64,000 nucleotides of DNA, taken from contig CM097882.1 in NCBI GenBank assembly GCA_044892505.1, positions 142,848,001-142,912,000 of the forward strand, in the 5' to 3' direction. Every line of letters begins with the position of its first letter. The stretch's first letter is position 1. Positions 21,844-32,504 of the stretch are shown here, piece by piece. The translations under genes were made by a program, and so were the position numbers. This DNA is from Schmidtea nova (Eukaryota). The notes beneath the pieces were generated by a model. That model was given only the letters and a program-made list of their open reading frames with translations. It was not told the origin of the DNA and searched no databases.

Positions 21844-24611
21844 CAGGCCTGGCCAACCCAAATCGCTCTGCGGGCCAACTTTTTTATCCAAAATTTTATG
21901 CGGGCTATATAATATACGAAAACCCCAATTTTTATTGAAATATTTGTTTGAATTATTTCAGTACATAGATTTATTTGAACCATTCCAAGTAAAACATCTA
22001 TTTTTATATTTACACTAGATTTTTTTATTGTTTCAAGAACATTTTTATTGAACCATTTATTTTTATTATTTCACTACACTTAAGTATAATATTTATTAAT
22101 GAGATGTTTGCTTTTCTTTGCGATCGCTCAATGCTTTTAAATCTACATCAATTTGGGTAGTTGCACATCGTAATTGGCTTTCAAGGTTTTCGTCTGTTAA
22201 TGAAGCGCGAAATTTACTTTTGGTAAATTTCATTTTTGAAAAAAAGGCTTCACAAACATATGTAGATCCGAAGGCGCTTACAATTTTTTGAGCGAATAAT
22301 CTTAAGTTAGGATACTTTTCTGCTGTTATATACGTGTTGTAGAATTCGATTTTTGATGTCGTCTTATGAACCTGCTTCAACTCATTGTTACACTGCAAAT
22401 TAATTATTTCCATCTGTAAAGCTTCTGGAACAGTGAAAGCGTCAACTTGAAATGGTGAAGAAAATATCTCAAACGTTTTGTCATATTTTGTAAGTTCTGA
22501 GAAACGACGAGTAAATGCAGCTGAAAGTTTTATAATTTCATCAGCGTACTTTGCAAAATTAATAGCTTGACTGCTATTAAATTCTTTTAATAACGGAAAA
22601 TGGTGAAGATTGTTATTTCGAAGTTGGGACTCAAATAAAATTAGCTTGGTTTGGAATGCTTTGATATGATTACATGCATCAATAATTAAATTATCTTGCC
22701 CCTGTAACTCCTTGTTTAGCTGGTTAATTTTTTCGGTTATATCTACTAAAAGACACAGGTCCAACAACCACATATCGTCATTTAAATTTGAAACTGGAGT
22801 TCCCTCTTCAGCCATAAAATTTTCTATTTCCACCCGTTTTTCAAAAAATCTTTTTAAACATGTTCCGCGACTCAACCATCTAAGTTTGGTAAAATAGACA
22901 ATATCGCCGTATTCCGAACTTAATTCGTCAAGGTATGCTCTGAACTTGCGATGCTGAAGCGTATGTGATCGAATATAGCTAACTGTTTTTATTACCACAT
23001 CCATGACATGGTTCATGGACAATACCTGGGCACATAAATTTTGCTGATGTATCAAACAGTGTATTACAAATATTTCACTGGGTTTAACAGATGTAGCTTC
23101 AAGTTCATCCATAAACAACTTTACGGTTCCTTTATTTTTACCAATCATAGCAGGCGCACCATCCGTTGTTAGTCCAGAAAGCTTCTGTAAATGTAAAGAA
23201 TTACAGGATAAACATTTTTTTATAGCGTGGAAAACATCCTCTCCTCTAGTGGTGTCTTTCAAATTTAAAAGATTTAACATTTCTTGTGTCACTCCGAAAG
23301 AATCGTTAACTCCACGAATAAATACAGCAAGTTGTGATGTAGCTGAAATATCTGTACTTTCGTCGAAAGCTAGAGAATATGCTTTGAATTGTTGAATCCG
23401 CTCTCGTAAAGTCACCACTATTTCATCCGAAATATCATTAATGCGACGACAAATAGTTTGACGCGACAAACTTATGCACGAAATCATTTTATGTTTATCT
23501 GGCATAACATCTTCTATAACAGCTGCCAAACATTCTTTTACAAATTCTCCGTCCGAAAATGGTTTCATTTTCTTAGCGATTAACATTGCGACAGAGTAGC
23601 TTGCTTTAACAATATTAGAAGGTAGTTGTAATGAAGAACTAAACATTTTCTGCTGAGATTTTAATTCGGATTTTAGCTCGGCCAATTTAATTTTTCTCAA
23701 TTCACTATTAAATTTCACATACACGTCGTGTTTCGTTTCATGATGTCTTTTAACATTGTATTCCTTAAAAACAGCTATTGTATCTCGGCAAATCAAACAT
23801 GTTAATTTTGAGTTCTGCATTATAAAGAAATAATTTTCTTCCCAATGATCGCTGTATTTTCTGTTTTCTTCTGAAACTCTTCTTTTTTTGGAATTCATTC
23901 TAAAGGCCATGTATAATTATTCAAAATAAGTGCATTTACTGTTACTTACTTATTTATTTAATTTTTCTGGTATAGAAATATAATTAATTAGATTTTTTAT
24001 ATTACTTTTTTTGTGTTATATAATTTGATATTGTTTATCACTTAAAAATACGCCACTTCATATCTTAACAAAAACAAAGCCAAACTAAAAAAGTTTTTCA
24101 ATAATTGTCGCCATCTTTAGTTATATTTTTCTGGCAAAGCCTACTATATAAATATTTTTGAATTACTCGTTTAAATTTTTTACTTATGAATAAATATATA
24201 TGCACGGAAAACGGATTTTTCTGCCAACTGAGAAAACGGATTTTTTCCAAAAAAGTATACTGTGTGTCCATTTCATTACATAAAACAAAAATGTTTACAA
24301 CAATTTTATTACACGTAAAAATATGCAATCAAATAAAAACCAATGAAGATTATGAATATAAACTTTTCACAAAACAAAAATTATAATGAGACGGACTAAA
24401 GAACATAACAAAAACTTTTTAATATTGAATTTTGTAGTCAATTTTTTTCTAAAAAGTCTGTATTTAATAATTTGGGTAGATTTTGTAATATATTTATTTT
24501 TTTATAGATTCTGTAAAAACATTTTACCGCGAATAATAATCATGCCACGGAGCCGCAAAATATTCACAAAGGGCCGCATGCGGCCCGCGGGCCGCGGGTT
24601 GGCCACGCCTG
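21844..24611 (-). mobile_element. Intact hAT DNA transposon (Buster/SPIN/GTF2IRD2-like)
   Basis: 16-bp TIRs CAGGC(C/G)TGGCCAACCC and 8-bp TSD GTCAAGTC (21836-43, 24612-19). The empty site is visible in the duplicate near 27145. Confidence 0.96.
22096..23910 (-). CDS. hAT transposase, 604 aa, uninterrupted
   Basis: BED-like CLIC...RHH, FDESTD, TTDGAP, HCLIH, RWLS, FGSTYVCEAFFS. Confidence 0.95.
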   Translation of the reverse strand: MAFRMNSKKRRVSEENRKYSDHWEENYFFIMQNSKLTCLICRDTIAVFKEYNVKRHHETKHDVYVKFNSELRKIKLAELKSELKSQQKMFSSSLQLPSNIVKASYSVAMLIAKKMKPFSDGEFVKECLAAVIEDVMPDKHKMISCISLSRQTICRRINDISDEIVVTLRERIQQFKAYSLAFDESTDISATSQLAVFIRGVNDSFGVTQEMLNLLNLKDTTRGEDVFHAIKKCLSCNSLHLQKLSGLTTDGAPAMIGKNKGTVKLFMDELEATSVKPSEIFVIHCLIHQQNLCAQVLSMNHVMDVVIKTVSYIRSHTLQHRKFRAYLDELSSEYGDIVYFTKLRWLSRGTCLKRFFEKRVEIENFMAEEGTPVSNLNDDMWLLDLCLLVDITEKINQLNKELQGQDNLIIDACNHIKAFQTKLILFESQLRNNNLHHFPLLKEFNSSQAINFAKYADEIIKLSAAFTRRFSELTKYDKTFEIFSSPFQVDAFTVPEALQMEIINLQCNNELKQVHKTTSKIEFYNTYITAEKYPNLRLFAQKIVSAFGSTYVCEAFFSKMKFTKSKFRASLTDENLESQLRCATTQIDVDLKALSDRKEKQTSH

Positions 24612-25052
24612 GTCAAGTCAAACGAATTAGGTCAAGGATTACATAAGAGGTCTAATATCAAAAATTACACCTCTAAGGAAATATTTCAAATTTTTATCCA
24701 TAAACACTTAAAAGTAAATAAATTTATTAAAGATCTCTTAATTATGAAAAGATGTCGAGATTTAAAGTTTGATTGCATTTTTCATTGAATGTTGTGATTG
24801 TCTATTTTTTCACTTTACCTACCACATAAAAATATTTATTCTTTACAAAGTCAATTTTTAACACTCACAAAGTTTTCATTTATTATTTAAGATTTTTAAC
24901 TTATTATAGAATCTGTTGTTGTATGAAACCGGTGAAGTATTACTGAACCACATTAAGTGGTTTTCAACAAATTTCCAATAATTGTTTCCGTAATAATTTA
25001 ACGGCAATTACTCAATTCCATTTATAAAAGGTAAAATCAAAACTCAAATGTC

Positions 25053-25676
25053 ATGTCAATTGAAATGCTTAATCCTAGAAACTTCGGTACTAAAAGAATT
25101 CTTAATGAATTGAATCTTATTCATAAAAGAAATCCAGAAGGGATTTCGGTTCGACTAAATGCACAAAACGATACCTCTAAACTCATTGGAACTTTTACAG
25201 GATTTCCAGGTTCTCCATATCAAGAGGGATCTTACGAAGTCGACTTCAACCTTCCCAAAGAATATCCAACAAAGCCTCCGCGGGCTTATTTCATCACAAA
25301 GGTTTGGCATCCGAATATCAGTTCTGCAACTGGATGTATTTGTCTTGATATACTCAGTGATAAATGGACAACTTCTCAAAATCTATTGACGGTTATGGTC
25401 GGAATATCTTCGTTACTCATTCAAGCAGAACCGAATGATCCTCAAGATGCAATCGTTGCTAAACAATATATAAATGACCGAGATCTATTTGATAAAACTG
25501 CAGCATTTTGGAATCATTTTTATGCAGGAGGTCCAAAAAAAGATGAATTTGATGATTTCGAATCAAAGATCAGCCATTTGGTTGGCATGGGATACGCGAA
25601 GGAGCTCTCAATCCACACGTTGTCAATGTGCAATTGGGATTTAGATGAAGCGGAAAGAGACTTGTCGAATCACTGA
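25053..25676 (+). CDS. UBE2K: Ubiquitin-conjugating enzyme E2, UBE2K/Ubc1-like with C-terminal UBA-like domain, copy 1, intronless
   Basis: YPTKPP, WHPNISSATGCICLDIL, AEPNDPQDAIVAKQY, LVGMGY. Confidence 0.88.
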   Translation: MSIEMLNPRNFGTKRILNELNLIHKRNPEGISVRLNAQNDTSKLIGTFTGFPGSPYQEGSYEVDFNLPKEYPTKPPRAYFITKVWHPNISSATGCICLDILSDKWTTSQNLLTVMVGISSLLIQAEPNDPQDAIVAKQYINDRDLFDKTAAFWNHFYAGGPKKDEFDDFESKISHLVGMGYAKELSIHTLSMCNWDLDEAERDLSNH

Positions 25677-25828
25677 GAAATTATAATTTTATATTTTCAT
25701 GAACCGAACACAAATTAATTCCTATTTTAGTTTTATGATATCAAATATATTTACTTATGAATTATTGCTTTCCGTGAATTTTGCTTTTTGTTAGGAGACT
25801 GATAAATAATAAAATTTATATATATTTT

Positions 25829-26696
25829 TAGGGTTTCTGGTTTGGATATATCCGAACCGCAAAACATTGGTTTTTGGTTTTATCGAAAGATATGTAGGAA
25901 AAGAAAGTTTCTGTACCGGTAGAAAATAATCATACGCATATGTAAGTGTTTAAACTTTGTTCATTATTGCCCAAATTTCCAATTGTATACCCACTTAGCC
26001 CTCAGATACTCGTGTGTTCTTTGAAACGTCATTGCCCATATAGCATCTGAGAAAATTCGACAAAGATATATTTAGTTGATAATTAATAGACATTATTTTC
26101 GATTGAGTCAATAAGCAAATAAAGTTTATGAACTTTTAAACTACTTTATTTCAAAAAATGTCCATAAACTAAAATAAAACGCATAATATCAAATTTTAAA
26201 TATATAGTGGAGGTTTTAATTCAAATTTAATTTAGATTTTATTTTTAGTTTTACAATTAAAAAAAAACATTAATGTATAAACAAGTTTTTATTCATAGAT
26301 ATAATATTTCAACTTGTACTTAGTTGTACCTGTATTTAAACACGAATAAATTTACGTATTAATATGTATTCTATATTTTTAATTATTTACCATATTAGTT
26401 ATACAATTGAATGACGTTTACAGCATTCTCTAAGAGAATCATAGCCAAGAAGCTAGATTAGAATCTTTGTAGAGGAAGTAAATATTTTCAAATGTTTAGA
26501 AATTCTAAAATGAAATAAAACTGCTCCAATTATATTAAAAATAAATATTCAAAATATCTAGTTCCTTCACCATTCAAATATCAGACACTATCACCAAAAG
26601 TTCTTAAAGACAGAACATAAAACCGAAACCTTGGTTGTTTGTTTTTAATAATCTAAAACCGCGGTTTTGAAAATATGCAGATTTTCAGAAACCCTA
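25829..26696. mobile_element. Non-autonomous TIR element (TAGGGTTTCTG...CAGAAACCCTA)
   Basis: 11-bp TIRs and subterminal AAAACCG motifs. Its right end is also present at 21338-21378. TSD is weak. Confidence 0.6.
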
Positions 26697-27251
26697 ATTA
26701 TTTTACATTTAAAGTCTCACGTGCTTATTTTATTAAATAATTATACGATTTTAAAACTTATTTCGAAATATTTATAATTAATTAGCGTTTTATAAGAATT
26801 TATAAGCTAAGCTCAATTGAGCGCAGTTAAGCTTCGTGGAGAACAGGAGAGTGTAATGCTACAGTGGTTCAGTTGTTCAACGGTAAGTGGTTCAGTACTA
26901 CATTGGTACATTATATATCGGTACAGTGGCAGTGTGGGAGTGCAGGAGTTTTTGAGTAGCAATTAAATGTGAGATGCAGTCAGAGTAGGGTAGTAAGCGT
27001 GTAGTCATCATGGTAATGAGTTAGAATATGTGCGCGTGCAACCGTATAGCAACGAAAAGCCAAGGATACATGAGGGTCTAAAGTTAACTCGGATCAAAAT
27101 TCAAATTTCTTACGATAATGGTCAAATGTCATATATTACGTAAAATGTTCATGGTCAAGTCAATCGAATTAGATCAAGGATTACATAAGAATAAAATTTA
27201 AAAAATTACACCCTTTATTGGGTACTGCATGTGACGGGGACACATCTTCAT

Positions 27252-29609
27252 TAGACCAATGACATTTTAACTTTTTCTGAGATTTTAATTTGACACCCCG
27301 AAAAAATGATGAACTTTCTTATAAACATACAAAAAATTTAGTTTATTTGAATGAAACTGATAAAAAGGTTCCGCACCAAAGCTATAATTGATATCTCGGT
27401 TGCTAAGTATTACAGTACGTGAATGATAAAGTCGAGATTTCATAAATACTCATTATTACTTGTGAAATATTGTGTTTATTATCACTGTTACGTTTAAAAA
27501 CTTTTACATTTATCAATAAAGGAAATCAGCAGATTTAATACTTTGTTTTAGCTAATCAGAGACCTGAATAAGCTTTTGAGTATTTTAAAGAATGTAAGTT
27601 TGCTTTTGTCAAGATTTTTTAGCTACAGAAAACTATAAAAATGTTAAATTTACCTCTTATATTGTAGCAATGTCGTTCAAGAAGTCCTTAAATTCAGTGA
27701 AAAATGCAAGTATCTCGTCGAAAAATGAAAAATAAGCGCAATTCGAGTATTCCTTTAGTCGACAATTTGACGGAGTTAGTACGAATGCCGAGAAACTGAG
27801 ATATCCTTGGAAGATTTGTAAAACTAAGAACGGATTTGAAAGAGAGAGGCAAACGGATCTCGTTTATAACCGAGAAACTGCAGCATTTATGGAATAAGTT
27901 TAGCTTTCTTACTGTGTCTAAGCCTTTGATTATAAAAAAAGTTTAAAAAATTGTTGCAGAATTCGAAAGCAATAGGTGAAGGAAATCATCAAAGTTTCAA
28001 AATAAGATGAGCAAAGTTTTTAATATTACAAAGACAGACGGCTTATGGCTCAGTAGTGAGGATAAACTATTTTACAAAAGCCAATTAGAATCTGGAGGAC
28101 AAGTAGGGTATGCCACAGGAAAACTAGCACCACTCTCAAGTATTCATCCACCAAAGATAGCATGTCTTATACAATTTATCTGCCGAAGGGTTTACTTTGC
28201 CTACTCCATCACAAAGTGGTGTATGACGCAGTGTTATTAGAGCCGGGGAGAAAAAATAAAAAAAATAAAAGCAATCCTTCGAGACGGAACCAGTTATTGC
28301 TTACATTTTGATGGTACAAAGATTTCCCAACAAGAATATGAAGTTGTGATACTGCAGAATGAAGAACGGCAAATAAATTTGGGAATACTGAAATGCCAAA
28401 ACGTGGCAAAGCGGAAGATATTTACAGAGAATTGAAATCTTTAATTGATGAATTTGATGCTTGGCGACATATTACGATGATTATTTGTGATACTACTGCT
28501 GTCAATACTGGTCACCGCAATGGAATAGTGAAGAAGTTAAAAAGCGAAGTGGTTCAGAATGGTTATCCAGAACCGCAATACATAGGTTGCCAGCACTATA
28601 TTCTCGACCTTATTTTAAAACAGGTACTGGACTTTTTCTTCGAAACACCATCCACTAAACCTTCGGTCAACTACCCCTTTATCGATACATTGCTAAAGGA
28701 TTATGAAGAGTTGCAACATAATTATAAAGGGGAGCAGGAAATCGACCGTTCATCAAATCCTGGTTGGAGAGCCGATTTTAAATTTTTGTACGAACTCTTT
28801 CAATCATATCGACATTATAAGGTGAGTTTTTTAATCTGTGTGCAGTAATCCCAGCGACATATGCTTTTCACTTGTTCAGGAATCTGGTGTGCTTCCTGTC
28901 ATTGTGTGGCGCAAGGTGAACAGCTTACACCAAGCAAGATGGAATTCTCGTGCCATCTATGTGCTTCTTGCCTTCTTTCTTCTGCCTGCATGGAAAAATA
29001 AGCTGCGTGGAGCCGTTAATTTCATTTCATATGAGTGGCAGCAAGCCTGGTTTTACAATCAGAAGTTTAAAGAAGATACATTCAGTAATTTGCTGCAACG
29101 ACTGAAGAAGACTAAGGTAAGCACCGGGGACCTGGGTCCTCAGCGTCACCATTTTACGACAGACTTTTGTATAACTGTCTAAATTATCTCTTTGAGTGCA
29201 CACCTTCTATTGCCTGTCTCAAAAGACATTGGAGCACAGAGAAGTCCTTGCTTGACATTCCCAGAACGAATATCGTGGCTGAAAGAGGAGTGAAAAAGAT
29301 GGAAGAATTAAGTGCTTCCTCAAACCAACACAAATATTTGCACTTGAAATTTCTCGCCAGCAATAACTTATAACAATTACACTGAAAATAAAATTATTCC
29401 TCATATATTCCTGTTACATCAGTCAATACTGAATATCATGGAAAAATAGACTTTCTTGTAAAAGCTGATTAAATGGTGTATCCGAAATTCTTTTTGGTGC
29501 GGAACCTTTTCAAATATTTTTAAAAATCGTTTTCAAATTAGTTATAAACACCCAAAAGCTCATTGATTGCAATGGGTTTCTCAAAAAATTAAAAAATGTC
29601 ATTGGTCTA
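27252..29609 (+). mobile_element. Degenerate hAT-superfamily transposon (hATm-like)
   Basis: TIR TAGACCAATGACATTTT, 8-bp TSD ATCTTCAT/ATCCTCAT, and transposase fragments CDTTAVNTG, GCQHYILDL, QARWNSRA, NIVAERGVK. Confidence 0.8.
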
Positions 29610-30223
29610 ATCCTCATACTATTTTAAATTTCAATCGTTGTCAAATTTTATTGCATTGCATTATCTGAGACTTCAGAAATATCTAAATGGATATGCGAAT
29701 ATGTTCAATTGTTAATTAATTGGATAAAATGAAAGTATTATCTCTACTTCTGTAAGATTTTGGAAAAAAATCATGGAAAAGTTAAAATTATTTTATATTT
29801 AAAAATTTTAACGACGTCTTGTCATCCTTTTATCGACAACTACTGTAGGAAATACTTCAAATTTTTATCCATAAACACTTAAAAGTAAATAAATTTATTA
29901 GAGATCTCTTAATTATGAAAAGATGTCGAAATTTAAAGTTTGATTGCATTTTTCATTGAATGTTGTGATTGTCTATTTTTTCACTTTGCCTACCACATAA
30001 ATCTTTATTCTTTACTAAGTCAATTTTTAACACCCACAAAAAGTTTTCATTTATTATTAAAGATTTTTAACTTATTATAGAATCTGTTGTTGTATGAAAC
30101 CGGTGAAGTATTACTGAACCACATTAAGTGGTTTTCAACAAATTTCCAATAATTGTTTCCGTAATAATTTAACGACAATTACTCAATTCCAACTATATAA
30201 GGTAAAGTCAAAACTCAAATGTC

Positions 30224-30847
30224 ATGTCAATTGAAATGTTTAATCCTAGAAACTTTGGTACTAAAAGAATTCTTAATGAATTGAATCTTATTCATAAAAG
30301 AAATCCAGAAGGGATTTCGGTTCGACTAAAAGCACAAAACGATGCCTCTAAACTCATTGGGACTTTTACAGGATTTCCAGGTTCTCCATATCAAGAGGGA
30401 TCTTACGAAGTCGACTTCAACATTCCCAAAGAATATCCAACAAAGCCTCCGCGGGCTTATTTCATCACAAAGGTTTGGCATCCGAATATCAGTTCTGCAA
30501 CTGGATGTATTTGTCTTGATATACTCAGTGATAAATGGACAACTTCTCAAAATCTATTGACGGTTATGGTCGGAATATCTTCGTTACTCATTCAAGCAGA
30601 ACCGAATGATCCTCAAGATGCAATCGTTGCTAAACAATATATAAATGACAGAGATCTATTTGATAAAACTGCAGCATTTTGGAATCATTTTTATGCAGGA
30701 GGTCCAAGAAAAGATGAATTTGATGATTTCGAATCAAAGATCAGCCATTTGGTTGGCATGGGATACGCGACAGAGCTCTCAATCCACACGTTGTCAATGT
30801 GCAATTGGGATTTAGACGAAGCGAAAAGAGACTTATCGAATCACTGA
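30224..30847 (+). CDS. UBE2K: UBE2K/Ubc1-like E2, copy 2
   Basis: Same motifs; 7 amino-acid differences from copy 1. Confidence 0.88.
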   Translation: MSIEMFNPRNFGTKRILNELNLIHKRNPEGISVRLKAQNDASKLIGTFTGFPGSPYQEGSYEVDFNIPKEYPTKPPRAYFITKVWHPNISSATGCICLDILSDKWTTSQNLLTVMVGISSLLIQAEPNDPQDAIVAKQYINDRDLFDKTAAFWNHFYAGGPRKDEFDDFESKISHLVGMGYATELSIHTLSMCNWDLDEAKRDLSNH

Positions 30848-31642
30848 GAAATTATAATTTTATATTTTCATGAACCGAACACAAATTAATTCCTATTTTA
30901 GTTNNNNNNNNNNNNNNNNNNNNNNNNNNNNNNNNNNNNNNNNNNNNNNNNNNNNNNNNNNNNNNNNNNNNNNNNNNNNNNNNNNNNNNNNNNNNNNNNN
31001 NNNNNNNNNNNNNNNNNNNNNNNNNNNNNNNCTTTTATCTTTCTAGTACTTTTGGGACAATGATGATTTTTAGCAGGTTTTTACCTGGACAAATCGGTTG
31101 TAATGATCCTGGCACTGGTCATGTCCGGTTTTCATAAAAATTTGAAATTGTCCATTTTTTATAAAAATGATGAAATTGTGGATTTTTAAAAATATTAATG
31201 CATATTAATAATTAATGACTTAAACTTGAGACTGAATAATGAAAAGTTTTTTATTTATATGGGGCAATATGTTGTATGCATAGTGCAATACATACATAGT
31301 ATATGAAACCTTTACATTTTTAATTTTATTTACATTTTTTGTATAAATTATATATTGTATCTTGTTTTCTTTTTTACTACCTAATATGTAATTATTTGTC
31401 CAATTGGTTAAAAGTTATTTTTAATTATAAAAACCTATTTTTATGCTCAAAAAAAAAAAATTTTGTTACTCAAATCTCCGGGTCAACAATTTTCACAAGG
31501 ATGTATCACTGGTTGGGGAGGCTGATAAATTAAATGAAAACTGTTATTTTTTATTTTCAGTCCTGTGTTTATTTTATTCAATAATTATAGGATTTTATCA
31601 ACTATTTCCAAACATTAATAATTACTTAACATGATATTATAA

Positions 31643-31801
31643 TATTATTATCAATAATTCTCATAATGACTATAGATCAAAATTTTTTTTTTATAAACAA
31701 TAACACAATATTTCGGCACAGCCTGTGCCGAAATATTGTGTTATTGTTTATAAAAAAAAAATTTTGATCTATAGTCATTATGAGAATTATTGATAATAAT
31801 A
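31643..31801. repeat. Perfect 159-nt palindrome (79-bp arms)
   Basis: Arms are exact reverse complements around the C at 31722. Confidence 0.97.
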
Positions 31802-32124
31802 ATAAAAAAAGATCAAAGGTGAAAAAAGATAATTATGATATGATATTATAAATTAGGTAAACAGCAGCTTATAATTTACTTGGAAGCGAATTATATTGAT
31901 ATATGGAGTTCAAATGGGGCGTAACGGAAACTAATAAGAAATAAAAAAATCTCGATAGTTCAAATCATAACTGTAAATTTGTTTTCTAATAAATTTCCAA
32001 ATAAATCACATACGAATTGTATATGAAAAATTAAAAAATTAAAGAACATCTTAAACCTGTTGTAAATCATCTGTGTGCAATCATCTCCAACATTGTCAGC
32101 AAGTGAAGAACAAAAGTAGGTAGT

Positions 32125-32254
32125 TAGTGGCCCTCTAACTCACCCACCCCCTCCCTCCTAGAAAAGTAAGTTATCGGGCCTCCATGTTTTTTGCTGGGAT
32201 ATTTCTATAGAAAAAGTTTGGTCGATCTTTTGAATGTGAGTTAGCGGGCCACTA
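32125..32254. mobile_element. Possible 130-bp MITE
   Basis: 19-bp inverted repeat TAGTGGCCC(T/G)CTAACTCAC with one mismatch. Confidence 0.5.
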
Positions 32255-32504
32255 TGTTTAGGGCCCGGTATTTTTGTAATGGAAACATTTGGTCGAAATT
32301 TTGTACAAGATATTTTTGTTCTGGTATTTTTGTATAGGATTTTTTACTGTGTAAAACCTTTGAACAAGTAAAGTAGATTGAAATTATTTTGTAAAGCAAT
32401 TTCAACTCCCACAATTTTTTCAGACAAAAAACGACTCTAGTAATTTTTCACTATGATTTTAAACTTTTAAATTTAAGAAGTGTTTTTAACATGTTGTTTA
32501 ATTA

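Larger units (their letters stand above)
21338..30903. repeat. Tandem segmental duplication: unit A 21338-25732, unit B 26655-30903 (B ends at a gap)
   Basis: Co-linear near-identical sequence including the UBC gene, apart from different hAT insertions. Confidence 0.9.
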
